Below are positions 63,915-64,000 of a DNA stretch of 64,000 bases, piece after piece. The stretch comes from Beijerinckiaceae bacterium. GTDB taxonomy: Bacteria > Pseudomonadota > Alphaproteobacteria > Rhizobiales > Beijerinckiaceae. The position numbers and the translations under genes are program-made. Every line of letters starts with the position of its first letter. The stretch's first letter is position 1. Under the pieces are notes generated by a model. It searched no databases. It saw only the letters and a program-made list of their open reading frames with translations, and had not been told where the DNA came from. Location of the stretch: the NCBI GenBank assembly GCA_947478405.1, contig CANJVX010000005.1:2255-66254 (forward strand), given 5' to 3'.

Positions 63915-64000
63915 CTATTTGCGTTGTTCAGGCAGGCTTTCGAGTTCAAGCGCATAGACGGGATCCATTCGCGGATCGACGCCATGATTGGCCAGAGCAT
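63915..64000 (-). CDS. 3' end of an unidentified gene (start outside window)
   Basis: The minus-strand frame entering from the window edge reads ...ALANHGVDPRMDPVYALELESLPEQRK and stops at TAG (63915-63917). Too short to classify. Confidence 0.3.
   Translation of the reverse strand, partial: ALANHGVDPRMDPVYALELESLPEQRK

Noticed and set aside
63806-64000. Listed minus-strand ORF overlapping the start of the Bug gene at 62806-63897.
   Set aside because: It would overlap the Bug gene N-terminus by about 90 nt. A different minus-strand frame ends cleanly at TAG 63915-63917 with a more protein-like sequence, so that frame is reported instead, at low confidence.
1-64000. CRISPR arrays, prophage, toxin-antitoxin or known defence-system genes.
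   Set aside because: Reading both strands, I saw no direct-repeat/spacer periodicity and no nuclease, helicase, integrase, capsid or small paired toxin-antitoxin ORFs. The repeats present are gene-level paralogies (Bug, SBP, PrpD, bicupin, AMDase-like, M29-like).

Overview
64-kb chromosomal segment from a moderately GC-rich proteobacterium. The thiOSGE operon behind a TPP riboswitch, the many orphan Bug/TctC binding proteins and an IS3 remnant point to an alpha- or betaproteobacterium, but the taxon cannot be fixed from sequence alone. I support about 60 CDS and found no rRNA, tRNA or CRISPR. Content is mostly solute uptake and small-molecule catabolism:
- Uptake: 10 Bug/TctC binding proteins with no TctA/TctB, two NitT/TauT-type ABC importers, and one Fe3+/thiamine-type importer with no ATPase gene.
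- Catabolic enzymes: FAH, two MmgE/PrpD, CapA-like, enol-lactonase-like hydrolase, extradiol dioxygenase, PEP-mutase/isocitrate-lyase family, LLM monooxygenase, enolase-superfamily enzyme, SDR, VOC, FAD monooxygenase, a TPP enzyme, bicupins, and three arylmalonate-decarboxylase/maleate-isomerase-like paralogs.

Only one transcription factor is visible, a LysR protein with a duplicated HTH domain.

Best candidate for an undescribed system (42572-49908, minus strand): a tightly coupled operon of two paralogous secreted ~600-aa proteins with M29-aminopeptidase/NicX-like metal motifs (last block altered to H-x-H), a MacB/FtsEX-type ABC ATPase, and a ~1000-aa double-FtsX permease with His/Asp-rich periplasmic tracts. 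A bicupin gene may be its fifth member.

Second candidate (11.6-15.8 kb): a small island next to an IS3 remnant that encodes a K+ channel with two tandem voltage-sensor modules before a single pore, preceded by an unknown membrane-anchored protein.

All functional calls come from motif and architecture recognition by eye. No database search was run.
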